Source: an uncultured archaeon | GTDB taxonomy: Archaea > Aenigmatarchaeota > Aenigmatarchaeia > QMZP01 > JACQNV01 | NCBI GenBank assembly: GCA_964410585.1 | Contig: CAYPFW010000002.1 | Coordinates: 64,001 to 128,000 of the forward strand | DNA: 64,000 bases | Direction: 5' to 3' | Part shown: positions 27,600-37,252 of the stretch, in pieces | How the letters are laid out: each line of letters starts with the position of its first letter | Position numbering within the stretch: position 1 is the stretch's first letter | The notes under the pieces: model-generated | What the model saw: the letters and a program-made list of their open reading frames with translations, nothing else | Databases searched by the model: none | What the model was told of the DNA's origin: nothing | Position numbers and translations under genes: made by a program

Positions 27600-30311
27600 A
27601 TGAAATGTCCTTTTTGCAGTCATCCAGAAACAAAGGTTATAGATAAAAGAGAGTCTGAAGAAGACTCAAACAGAAGAAGAAGGGAATGCCTTTCATGTGG
27701 CAAGCGCTTCACAACATACGAAAAGCTTGAGTTAAGCTCATCCAAAAAAGTCGACAAATTAGTGAAAAGAGATGGAAGAATAGCTGATTTTGATGCCTCA
27801 AGAATAGAGTCTGCAATTTTCAAGGCAGCAAAGGCAGTTGGTGGTACTGATAGAGAAAGGGCAAAAAAACTAGCAGACGAAGTAATGGAGCAAGTCAACA
27901 AAAAGTTCCTAGGGAAAAAAGACCTCCCAACAGTAGAAGACATCCAAGACATTGTTGAAAAAGTCCTCATCGAAAATGGTCATGCAAAAACAGCAAAGGC
28001 CTACATCATTTACAGGCAAGAGCGTGCAGAGCTAAGAAATGAAAAAAGAAGAATCTTGGAAAAAGAAGATGTTGACGATGTTGACAAAGTTTTCGACCTA
28101 AATGCACTTAGAGTTTTGAAATCCAGATATTTGCGAAAAGACGAAAACGGCAAGCTAATCGAAACCCCAAAGCAACTTTTTACTAGGGTAGCAACACATG
28201 GAGCGCTTCCAGATATTTTGTATGACCCTCAATTATACGACATCTCAAAATCTCAGCAACAGCACCCAAAAGAATCTTTCGATCCAAAAACAAACCACGA
28301 AAAATACAGCATAGGAAAATACAAACTAAACCAATATCACCTGGATGCTTTCAAAAGAATGTATGATAGGTTCAACAAAAATCACCAAATGAAATTCTCA
28401 TGGTCCCAGGTTTTGGAAAAGCTTTCAAAAGGTGAACTAAGTTCTTATGAAAAAAATATCACAGAGTTCTATGACATAATGGTCAACAGACAGTTCATGC
28501 CAAACACACCGGCTATAGCTAATTTTGGAACAGTTCTAGGAATGGGCTCTGCTTGCTTTGTTTTGGGAATAAGAGACTCAATAGACGATATAATGGAAAA
28601 ATTAAAACATGCAGCAGTCATCTTCAAATCAGGCGGCGGAGTCGGCTACAACTTCTCACACCTAAGGCCTGAAGGCGATTTGGTTTCTTCAACATGCGGT
28701 CTTGCATCTGGTCCCTTGTCTTTCATGTCTATGTTCGACAAAATGACAGAGGTCATCAAACAAGGTGGTATTCGCCGAGGCGCAAACATGGGAATAATGA
28801 ACTCAGATCACCCAGATATTGAAAAATTCATAACAGCAAAAGCAGGCAACAAGGCCTTCAAAAACTTCAACATCTCAGTAAATATCCAACCAGACTTTTG
28901 GCAATACTATGAAAAAAATGAGCCCTATCCTTTAAGAAATCCAAGAGACGGAACAGTTGTCAAAACAGTTAATTCACGGATGCTTTTTGACAAAATAGTT
29001 TACCAGGCATGGGAATCAGCAGAGCCAGGAGTCATCTTTTCAGACAAAGTAAATGAATACAATCCTTTATACGAATCAATGGGCCCAATTGAAACAACAA
29101 ATCCTTGCGGTGAGGTACTCTTGTATCCAAACGAGTCATGCAACCTAGGATCAATAAACGTCTGGGCTTTTGTCAAAGAAGATGTGGATGGAAATGTTTC
29201 CTTTGATTGGGAAAACTTAGCCCGCGTCTCTCGGTTAGGAGAAAAATTCCTGGACAATGTCATCGAAGTAAACAAGTGGCCTCTACAAGACATAGAAGAC
29301 ATGGCCTTGAACACAAGAAAAACAGGCCTTGGTGTCATGGGAGTTGGCGACCTTTTGTATGAATTAGGTCTTCCTTATAATACAGATGAAGGCAGAAACT
29401 TCATGGAGAGGCTGATGGAATTTGTCAACTTCTACTCAAAAGTCGAAGGCATCGAACTTGCAAGAACAAGAGGACCTTTCCTATACTACGACAAAAGCTT
29501 CTATTCTGAAGGTAAGCTTCCTTTTGCTGGTTTCTACGACAAAAAATCCTGGAGAATGGACTGGAACCAAATAGTCGACGGCGTCCAAAAACATGGAGTA
29601 AGGAATGCATTCACAATTGTCGTCGCTCCAACAGGATCAATATCAATGATAGCAGGCTGCTCTTCAGGCATTGAACCTGTCTATTCTTTGGTTTTCGAGA
29701 AAAATGTGAAAGTCGGTTCCTTCTACTATGTGAATCCTATATTCGAAAAATGGATGAGAAGAGAAGGCTTATTCGACGAAAAACTAGTAGAAGATGTAAA
29801 TGCAAACAAAGGAACAGTCAGAAGAGTCGGCTATATTCCAAGAAAATTCAAGGAAATGTTTATCACAGCAATGGACACAACGCCAGAAGACCATATAAGA
29901 GCCTTGGCAGCATTCCAAAAATGGGTTGACTCATCGATCTCAAAAACAAACAACTTCCCGGCAGATGCAACAGTTGAGGATATGAGACAATCTTATCTCC
30001 TTGCATACAAGCTAGGATGCAAAGATGTAACTGTGTTTAGAGACACATCAATAAAGGACCAGGTCTTGGTTTCAGGCGTTAAAAAGTCTGAAAAACACGC
30101 AGCTGACACTGGTTTGAAACCTCAGTTAGGAAAAGAATGGACACCAGAACAACCAATAGCAGTTTCAACAAGTGGTAGTTTCTACCAACAACCAAAAGTA
30201 ACTACAAACTTTGGGGAAAAGCCAAAAGTCTGCCCATCTTGTGGATCTGAAACCAAAAGAGAAGAAGGCTGTGTATCTTGCCCTGGCTGCGGTTGGGGCA
30301 TGTGTAGCTAG
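27600..30311 (+). CDS. nrdJ: class II (AdoCbl) ribonucleotide reductase with N-terminal NrdR Zn-ribbon and ATP-cone
   Basis: MKCPFC..RRRRECLSCGKRFTTYE; VKRDG..IQDIVE..AKAYIIYR; SACFV, TNPCGE, CNLGSIN, APTGSIS; C-terminal CPSC..CVSCPGCG. Confidence 0.92.
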   Translation: MKCPFCSHPETKVIDKRESEEDSNRRRRECLSCGKRFTTYEKLELSSSKKVDKLVKRDGRIADFDASRIESAIFKAAKAVGGTDRERAKKLADEVMEQVNKKFLGKKDLPTVEDIQDIVEKVLIENGHAKTAKAYIIYRQERAELRNEKRRILEKEDVDDVDKVFDLNALRVLKSRYLRKDENGKLIETPKQLFTRVATHGALPDILYDPQLYDISKSQQQHPKESFDPKTNHEKYSIGKYKLNQYHLDAFKRMYDRFNKNHQMKFSWSQVLEKLSKGELSSYEKNITEFYDIMVNRQFMPNTPAIANFGTVLGMGSACFVLGIRDSIDDIMEKLKHAAVIFKSGGGVGYNFSHLRPEGDLVSSTCGLASGPLSFMSMFDKMTEVIKQGGIRRGANMGIMNSDHPDIEKFITAKAGNKAFKNFNISVNIQPDFWQYYEKNEPYPLRNPRDGTVVKTVNSRMLFDKIVYQAWESAEPGVIFSDKVNEYNPLYESMGPIETTNPCGEVLLYPNESCNLGSINVWAFVKEDVDGNVSFDWENLARVSRLGEKFLDNVIEVNKWPLQDIEDMALNTRKTGLGVMGVGDLLYELGLPYNTDEGRNFMERLMEFVNFYSKVEGIELARTRGPFLYYDKSFYSEGKLPFAGFYDKKSWRMDWNQIVDGVQKHGVRNAFTIVVAPTGSISMIAGCSSGIEPVYSLVFEKNVKVGSFYYVNPIFEKWMRREGLFDEKLVEDVNANKGTVRRVGYIPRKFKEMFITAMDTTPEDHIRALAAFQKWVDSSISKTNNFPADATVEDMRQSYLLAYKLGCKDVTVFRDTSIKDQVLVSGVKKSEKHAADTGLKPQLGKEWTPEQPIAVSTSGSFYQQPKVTTNFGEKPKVCPSCGSETKREEGCVSCPGCGWGMCS

Positions 30312-30391
30312 CCTTTTCCGGCAGTCCCCGCTTGCTCAAAAGGCTCGTGTCTCCAACTAGCAGAGTGAACTGTTAATAGTTCACAGACATC

Positions 30392-30530
30392 TCTGCATCA
30401 TCTCCCGAGAGATGCAGATACCGTACCCAAAAAACTACATTACAAAAGTGGAAGGCGTAATTTTTTCGAGCTTGCAAGCGAAGAAAAAATAGCCTCATGT
30501 TTTGGTTAAGCTTTTGGATAAAAGGTTAAG
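30392..30530 (+). repeat. composite repeat: hairpin + TACCGTACCCAAA followed by double-hairpin copy 3
   Basis: TCTGCATC..GATGCAGA-TACCGTACCCAAA; GGAAGGCGTAATTTTTTC..GAAAAAATAGCCTC from 30448. Confidence 0.7.
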
Positions 30531-30560
30531 TCTGGGGTTCTCATCCAAAAAGAAAAAGTT

Positions 30561-30824
30561 ATGGGTTTGGAAATCTACATAGGTATTTTTGGAGCTTGCT
30601 TAATCCTGTTTTCATGGATTTTTGAGACAGTAAAATCTTTCCGCGAGCACAAGGCTCTTATTGATTTAAAATTTTCAATAATAAATCTGTTCGCAGTTTC
30701 CTCACTTTCTTTCTACAGTTATTTTGTTAAAGATTCTCTTTTTATTTTCTTGAATTTGGCGATTTTTGCGATTGTTGTTGTGGAAATAATTCTAGCAATT
30801 CATCTCAAAAAACATCGCATATAA
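30561..30824 (+). CDS. small 3-TM protein (PQ-loop/SemiSWEET-like)
   Basis: Three hydrophobic helices; FIFLN. Confidence 0.6.
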   Translation: MGLEIYIGIFGACLILFSWIFETVKSFREHKALIDLKFSIINLFAVSSLSFYSYFVKDSLFIFLNLAIFAIVVVEIILAIHLKKHRI

Positions 30825-30846
30825 ACTGTGTAAAACAAATATTAAC

Positions 30847-32106
30847 ATGAAAAAAATCTTCCTTTCTATTTTTTTGGTTTTGTTTCTTGCAACAACAGTC
30901 TCGGCCTCAAAATATTTTGCACCAACAGACGACTACACAAACCAAACATTCTCAGCCTCCTCGCTTGAAATAGGTGATGTTATTTCAGATGGCCAAGATT
31001 TAGGAAACACAACATCTGTTCAGTTTTCTACATCAGATGCCCTAAAACTTGCTTTCAAAATCGACAGCACAAAAGACCTCAATTTAAGAGAGCTAAAAAT
31101 CCAGTTTTCCCCAGACAAAACAGTGATTGATAAGGGCTCATCAAACATCGATACCTATACTTTGTATGTTCCAAATTCAAACAACGGAAAAGGCATTTTC
31201 ATCTGTCCTCAAGCCAAAATTTTGGATGAAGTAAACAAACAGTGTTCGGGAATAAAAAAAATCTTCGAGCCTTTTCCACAAACAGTGCTTTCTGAGACTC
31301 CGGTTTTTGTTGAAATAAATTCAGGCTCCTATTCTGTTTCTGGACTAAAATCAGGTGGCATCGGCCTTCTTTCATCTGAAGACAAACCAGAAAATCAAAC
31401 AGCTATTGCAGGAAATTCGCCGCCTTCGATCCAACTTCTTTCTCCAAAAAACTCAGAAAAAATTTCATCTGATTTTTCCTTTAGGTGCAAAGCAGCAGAT
31501 GATAAAGGCTTGCGTCTAATAGAGCTCTATTCAAATGTTAATGGTCCAATGAGCCTTTTGTCCAGAAAGCCAACTGGAAACTTAGAAGATGTTTTAGAAT
31601 TCCAACAACAAAAACCAAAAGCGGGCACATACAGCTGGTATTGCTTGGTTTTAGATGATATAAGCCAGGAAACAAAATCAGAAATCCAATCCTTTGTTGT
31701 AGAAGATCAGCCATCAATCTGCGCAGAAGATTGGATATGCTCCCCTTTCCAACCTTTGAAATGTGATGTTGGTCACCAAACAAGGACATGCACAGATAAA
31801 AATACTTGTGGTACAGTTCAATTCAAACCAGATGAAGTCAGAGACTGTCAATCAAAGTGTCAGGAAAAATGGTCTTGTACAGATTGGTCTGATCAAAGAG
31901 GCTGTGGAACACGTACATGCAAAGACGAAAACCAGTGCGACAATTCCCAATACCAAACAGAAAAGCCAAAAGAATTTTCAGAGTGCGTAGATCAAGTAGT
32001 AGATCAGCCAACACCAACAAGCCCTCTTATCCTCGGTGTGATAATAGCCGTGATATTGGTTTTATTTTTATTTTTTGTCCTAAAGAGAAAAAAGCAAATT
32101 GAATAA
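30847..32106 (+). CDS. surface protein with Ig-like and Cys/Trp-rich repeats, C-terminal TM
   Basis: Signal peptide; PPSIQLLSP; CxExWxC..QTRTC repeats. Confidence 0.75.
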   Translation: MKKIFLSIFLVLFLATTVSASKYFAPTDDYTNQTFSASSLEIGDVISDGQDLGNTTSVQFSTSDALKLAFKIDSTKDLNLRELKIQFSPDKTVIDKGSSNIDTYTLYVPNSNNGKGIFICPQAKILDEVNKQCSGIKKIFEPFPQTVLSETPVFVEINSGSYSVSGLKSGGIGLLSSEDKPENQTAIAGNSPPSIQLLSPKNSEKISSDFSFRCKAADDKGLRLIELYSNVNGPMSLLSRKPTGNLEDVLEFQQQKPKAGTYSWYCLVLDDISQETKSEIQSFVVEDQPSICAEDWICSPFQPLKCDVGHQTRTCTDKNTCGTVQFKPDEVRDCQSKCQEKWSCTDWSDQRGCGTRTCKDENQCDNSQYQTEKPKEFSECVDQVVDQPTPTSPLILGVIIAVILVLFLFFVLKRKKQIE

Positions 32107-32191
32107 TGTGTGATTGGTTAAATTTTCCTATTAAATCAAGTAGTATATAGCCCCCATAATACCTATATATAGGCTCATATAATAATAGTAT

Positions 32192-35100
32192 ATGAGGGGC
32201 AAGTTTCTTTTACCTATATTTCTACTATTCCTAATCCCGGTAGTCCAATCCCAAACATGTGGAAACAATTTGTGCGAATATAATATTTACGAATTTACAA
32301 ACGGTGCTCTCAAAACAATCCCAATTTCACCAACGCAGGCAGCAACAGTATCAATGGCCTATAATTCAACAGACAGCATCATACTTAATGTAAATGGTTT
32401 TCCTATAACTCTTTCAAGGGGCTCGGTTTCATCTGTGCCTAATTCATCTGGCTTGCAGACAATTAACATAAGAGTAGAAGACATAGATGACACAGCCAAA
32501 ACAGCTAAATTAGCCTTCGGGGAAAATTCCATATCTTGTAGGTCTGATTGCTTTCTAACGCATAGACTAAGGGTTTCTCAAACCCAACTTCCATCGTACA
32601 ATTCAAAAATAGATTGTAGTTCAAATACATGCTTTCTTACATGGCAAGATGGAACAATGATTTATGGGAGTGTTTATGGTAATACACCTAGTCAGCCACA
32701 GCAATATTTACTCTCAACAAACGTACCAGGTATTAATCTTGAATCAAAAGTAAAAGAGGGTGGAAGTAAGGCACTTATAGTTTGGAGAAATTCCTTTTTT
32801 CACCCAAATCTTCGAAGACCATTCAATGATATTTATGGGGTTCTATTTGACGCCAATGGTCCAATTCAATCAGCACCCATAGCAATCTCTAATAGTACAT
32901 CGTCACCGTTTTTTAAAAGCTTAGGCAGTTTGGCTTTTGACTCAATTTCTAATTACTGGTTAGTTGCTTGGACAGATGCAAGACCCTTAGAGTGGCAATT
33001 TTCCAATGGAACCAAATCAATAAGATATGATCAGCAGATAATGGGTGCTTTTGTAAACACACAAGGTTCAGTTGGATCAGATGGAAATATTGGAAATCAG
33101 GAAACTGTTCACTCTTTCAATCCAAATTTATTTTTTGATAGGGCATCTGGTCAATACATTCTCTCCTGGTATTCTCCAGGTCAACAAGGCAACGACATAA
33201 AAGTTACAATATTAAACAAGAATGGAATTGCCCTATTGCAAAATTTTGTTTATCAACAGCAAGCAGACCAAGCAAACCCAGTGGTTAAGAAGGGTAATCC
33301 CCATCCCTTGCTTGTATTCGATGATTTAGTTTCTGCAATCCCTAGTGTGTTTGGACAATTCCTTGGCATAAGATACAATCCAACTGGTCCTCTAGTTCCT
33401 GTAAACATTTCATTTTCTAAAGACCAAATAATCAGTGAGCCTGGGTTTGGTCCTGATCTATTTTTCAATTCAAAATCAAATGAATTTGTTCAAGCCTGGT
33501 CGCTGAGCGATAGAATTATACTAAAAAGAATGGATCTAACAGGTGCAGAACTTTCAAGGACAACAATAGAAGGCTATTCCAGACCCTCAATAGGCTATTT
33601 AGAATCAGCAGACAAATATGTGATAGCTGTTGATAGAATAGATAGGCTACCATCTCAAATATATTTGATATTCCTTGACAAAAATTTGAAAGAAGTTTCT
33701 ATATCATCACAGCCAACACCAGCAGTGGGCAGATATACTGCACCAAAAGATGCAGCAACAAAAACATTTTCTGCAACTGATATAGCTGCGAATAGACCTG
33801 TAGTAGATGGCGAAAATTTAACAACAAACACTGTTTTAGTTTTCAAAAATCCTTCAAATCAACCAAAGCTAAAAGTTGGAATAAAGCCTGCTCAAGGTCC
33901 GGTTAATTTGTCAAATGTTGTTATAGAATCAAGTGATACAGCAACAGTTGTAAGAGGTTTGTCTGGTTTAGCAAATGTGGAAACAACACACAGTTTGTTT
34001 TTACAAAACGCAAATAATGGTCTAGGCTTGTTTGTATGTCCAACTGCAACAACACTTCCAGAAGTTGTGCAGACTTGCGCAAACAAAGTTGAGTTCACTT
34101 CAATACCTTCTGTAAATGGTACACTCTCAGTCAATTTCACAGATTCGACAAACTCTACATACCTTGTAGATGGTTTGCAAGGCACAGGAATAGGTTTGAT
34201 CCAATCAACACAAAACATAACTTCCCTGAATGTATCAATAGATGGCAGCAAAGTGGTTGGAGAACCTCTTAATTTTAGAGCAAACTATACCAAAAATTCT
34301 GTGCCAATATCAAATGCTTCTTGTACAATCCTATTTTCAACAGCACCAAATGGCCCTTTCAACATGACAGCCTCTAATAGCACATATGTTTTCAACAGGA
34401 CTTTTGCTGATGCAGGAACATACCAAGCAACAGTAGAGTGCTCAAAAGCAAATGAAACAACAAAAAACCAAATTGAATCTTTCACAATTCTAGCCGGTGT
34501 TGCAAAAGCCCCTGTGGTTTTGTTGCAATCCCCTCAAAACAACTTTAATTCACCTAATAATTCAATCACATTCACATGCTTTGCATCTGATACAGAAAAC
34601 ATAAAAGCAATAGATTTGTTTGCGAACACAGACGGTGCATGGGGATTCAAAAACACACAAACAACACAACCTGTGAAAAACTTCACAGCAACCTTTACCT
34701 TAGACAATGTACCAAATGGCCAATATCAATGGAATTGTAGGGCAGCAAATGATAAAAATGCTCTGGGTTTTGCCCCAGCAAACTTTACATTTTCAGTCAA
34801 TGCTCCAACAATCCCAGATTGTAAAACAACAGACTGGGTATGCAATTCAGAATGGTTCCCAGCAGACGCATCTTGTGAGCCAGGCACAACTCAAACAAGG
34901 GCTTGTCCGCCACCAACAAACTGCAAAAACTCAGATGCAGTAAAACCAACTGACATCGACACAAAAATTTGCTCGAATGTTGCGTGTATAGCCACAGATT
35001 ATCAATGTTTAGCTTGGTCGGAATGTTCTGACAAAGGTCAACAAACAAGATCATGTAGTTTAAAGTCTGGTTTGACATGTTTTGGAAGTCCATCTAAAAC

Positions 35101-35335
35101 AGAAAGCCAAACATGCACACCTCCAGGCAATCCTTTCTTGTTGATAGGAATAGTGATAATAATTGTTTTAGGAGTTGTTGGTGCATTCTTCTACTTCCAT
35201 AGAAAAGCAAAAACAGCCGATGAAGAAGAAACACTATACCAAGAAGAAAACACAGACGAAAGCGGCGAGCCTTCCTATGACCAAGGCGAATATCCACCAG
35301 AAGAAGGTGGAGACGCTGGAGAAGAAGAGAAATAG
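32192..35335 (+). CDS. large surface glycoprotein (beta-rich, Ig-like, TSP1-like repeats), TM and acidic tail
   Basis: Signal peptide, many NxS/T sequons, WSEC..QTRSC; shares a domain with 30847..32106. Confidence 0.8.
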   Translation: MRGKFLLPIFLLFLIPVVQSQTCGNNLCEYNIYEFTNGALKTIPISPTQAATVSMAYNSTDSIILNVNGFPITLSRGSVSSVPNSSGLQTINIRVEDIDDTAKTAKLAFGENSISCRSDCFLTHRLRVSQTQLPSYNSKIDCSSNTCFLTWQDGTMIYGSVYGNTPSQPQQYLLSTNVPGINLESKVKEGGSKALIVWRNSFFHPNLRRPFNDIYGVLFDANGPIQSAPIAISNSTSSPFFKSLGSLAFDSISNYWLVAWTDARPLEWQFSNGTKSIRYDQQIMGAFVNTQGSVGSDGNIGNQETVHSFNPNLFFDRASGQYILSWYSPGQQGNDIKVTILNKNGIALLQNFVYQQQADQANPVVKKGNPHPLLVFDDLVSAIPSVFGQFLGIRYNPTGPLVPVNISFSKDQIISEPGFGPDLFFNSKSNEFVQAWSLSDRIILKRMDLTGAELSRTTIEGYSRPSIGYLESADKYVIAVDRIDRLPSQIYLIFLDKNLKEVSISSQPTPAVGRYTAPKDAATKTFSATDIAANRPVVDGENLTTNTVLVFKNPSNQPKLKVGIKPAQGPVNLSNVVIESSDTATVVRGLSGLANVETTHSLFLQNANNGLGLFVCPTATTLPEVVQTCANKVEFTSIPSVNGTLSVNFTDSTNSTYLVDGLQGTGIGLIQSTQNITSLNVSIDGSKVVGEPLNFRANYTKNSVPISNASCTILFSTAPNGPFNMTASNSTYVFNRTFADAGTYQATVECSKANETTKNQIESFTILAGVAKAPVVLLQSPQNNFNSPNNSITFTCFASDTENIKAIDLFANTDGAWGFKNTQTTQPVKNFTATFTLDNVPNGQYQWNCRAANDKNALGFAPANFTFSVNAPTIPDCKTTDWVCNSEWFPADASCEPGTTQTRACPPPTNCKNSDAVKPTDIDTKICSNVACIATDYQCLAWSECSDKGQQTRSCSLKSGLTCFGSPSKTESQTCTPPGNPFLLIGIVIIIVLGVVGAFFYFHRKAKTADEEETLYQEENTDESGEPSYDQGEYPPEEGGDAGEEEK

Positions 35336-35354
35336 ATTTCTATCAATTGGGTTT

Positions 35355-35954
35355 TTATTTCTTGAAAAGTTTTTGAATAGATCTGTACATGTCAAGTCTA
35401 ATTTTATAGAAATCAGCAACACTATTATCTATCTTAAAATCTCTGAGCATATCTGCATGTCCGCCTTCATGACTATCTAAAAAAATGTGCCTCTCAAGAT
35501 AGTATTTGAACTCGGGAAGACCCTTTGCTTTCCAGATTTTTGCAGTAAGGATTTTAGTGAATATTCCAGGTAATTCATTTTCACGAGAGACAATAGACAT
35601 AACCCTGGTTTTGTTAGGCAGAGATGTGACCTTTTTGATGTAATCTTCGCCTGCTTTTTTAATATCTGGAAATTTTTCCATTAGTCCATATTTATCAATA
35701 AAATGCCACAGAAATTGAGAGTGATCCCCTGGTTTACTATGTCCTCCAAAAGATAAGTTATTTGTATTCAATTCTTCATCAGCCATTTTTCTAAGCGAGG
35801 AGTTCTTTGGGTTTAGTTTTACTGTTAGTCTTAAAGAATCTGCAAATTCTAGTGCTGAAAATGCAGAAAGAATCATTAGTTTTTGTAAATCTTCCTCTTC
35901 CAAAGATTCCCAATTTAAGCTGAGGATTTCTCTAACTATTGATTTATAATCCAT
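35355..35954 (-). CDS. heme-oxygenase-like di-iron (DUF3050-like) protein
   Basis: DEE..H, RE, YYLERHIFLD..GH. Confidence 0.55.
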   Translation of the reverse strand: MDYKSIVREILSLNWESLEEEDLQKLMILSAFSALEFADSLRLTVKLNPKNSSLRKMADEELNTNNLSFGGHSKPGDHSQFLWHFIDKYGLMEKFPDIKKAGEDYIKKVTSLPNKTRVMSIVSRENELPGIFTKILTAKIWKAKGLPEFKYYLERHIFLDSHEGGHADMLRDFKIDNSVADFYKIRLDMYRSIQKLFKK

Positions 35955-36060
35955 ATGAGAAATAATTACATGTGCCCCTTTTTGAATCTTTTTTAGTTTG
36001 GTTGAGAATAAAAATTAACTAAAACTACAAAATTAAAAAAAATAAAAGAAAAAGAGAATC

Positions 36061-36351
36061 TTATCCAAATAGACTTGCTAATCCTTCAACAGATTCTTCT
36101 TTTGGCTTTTCTTCTTTCTTTTCTTCAGCTTTTGCTGGACCAGCTGCGTGTCCTGATGCTGCAGGTGCTGCTGCTACAACAGCTTGTTTAACTGCTTCTT
36201 CTATGTTTACACCGTTTAATGAAGCAACCAATGCTTTAACCTGTGCAGGGTCTGCTTTTTCTCCAGTAGCTTCAACTACCTTTGAAACATTGTGTTCATT
36301 TAGTTCTTTTCCAGCCGAGTGAAGTAAAAGCACTCCATATACATAGTTCAT
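36061..36351 (-). CDS. rpl12: 50S ribosomal protein P1 (aL12)
   Basis: [19 protein letters not shown]. Confidence 0.95.
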   Translation of the reverse strand: MNYVYGVLLLHSAGKELNEHNVSKVVEATGEKADPAQVKALVASLNGVNIEEAVKQAVVAAAPAASGHAAGPAKAEEKKEEKPKEESVEGLASLFG

Positions 36352-36417
36352 ATGTGTCCTCCAAATTTATTGGTTTAATTGGTTCAAACATTTATAAATA
36401 TTAATAGGCTTCCAACA

Positions 36418-37251
36418 TTATTTGTTCAGAGCTTTTTCGAGCGCTGTAGCCTCAGCCTGCGCTTTTGCTAATATTGGTCCTACAGTTTCCTTTGTCAAAT
36501 ATCCAACTTTAACTGCAAGCGCCTGCGCCTCTGAATATCCTTTTGATAAGAATATTTTAATGTTGTCTTCTGTGTAATAGTTTATTTTCACAGATAAGTT
36601 CAAACCTTCTGTGTATGCAAGTTTCAAATCATCCAAATACTTTTCAGCAGGAACAAAGAGTATGTCTTTGTTGTATATCAATCCTTGATCCCATGCAGCA
36701 ACAAGATCCAAACCAATCTCCATTGGCTGTATCCCAAGCTTTGTCATAACTCCAGCAACTTCTGCTGAGAGCACATCGCCTTTTTTCGCAACAACAGAAT
36801 CTTTTTTAACAACAATCTTTCCGTTTTCAACAGCTGCAGTTATCTTTGCTCTTTGAAGCTCTCCAATAGCTGGTCCTGCAGGAAGTGAAGTTGGTCCAGC
36901 TGGCACAACAATATCCTCAGGTGCTACATCGCCTGCATTTGCAAATGCCTTTGACTTTGATTTTTGCATCACAGCTGCAAGCTCAAATGGGTTTGAATTG
37001 CTCAAAAGCAAAGCAGGTTGTCCTGTCATTAAAGGTATCAATCCTTTCAAATCCTTTTTAGATTTTTCCAATGCAATTTTTATCAATCTTCTTTTAACAA
37101 CTCTAACCTTTGCTTTTCCTTTTAGTTTTTGTTTGATATTCATCAAATCCCTTGCAGGAAGCTTGTAGAGGTTAAGTATACCTACAACTGAGTGTTTCTC
37201 AATCTCTTTTCCAACATCTTCAACTGTTTTTACTTTCAATTCATTGACCAT
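36418..37251 (-). CDS. rplP0: 50S ribosomal protein uL10 (P0)
   Basis: AGDVAPEDIVVPAGPT, KLGIQPM; in L1-L10-L12 order. Confidence 0.95.
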   Translation of the reverse strand: MVNELKVKTVEDVGKEIEKHSVVGILNLYKLPARDLMNIKQKLKGKAKVRVVKRRLIKIALEKSKKDLKGLIPLMTGQPALLLSNSNPFELAAVMQKSKSKAFANAGDVAPEDIVVPAGPTSLPAGPAIGELQRAKITAAVENGKIVVKKDSVVAKKGDVLSAEVAGVMTKLGIQPMEIGLDLVAAWDQGLIYNKDILFVPAEKYLDDLKLAYTEGLNLSVKINYYTEDNIKIFLSKGYSEAQALAVKVGYLTKETVGPILAKAQAEATALEKALNK

Positions 37252-37252
37252 A

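Noticed and set aside
28200-28480. Intein in nrdJ
   Set aside because: The extra segment has no C/S...HN intein termini or endonuclease motif.
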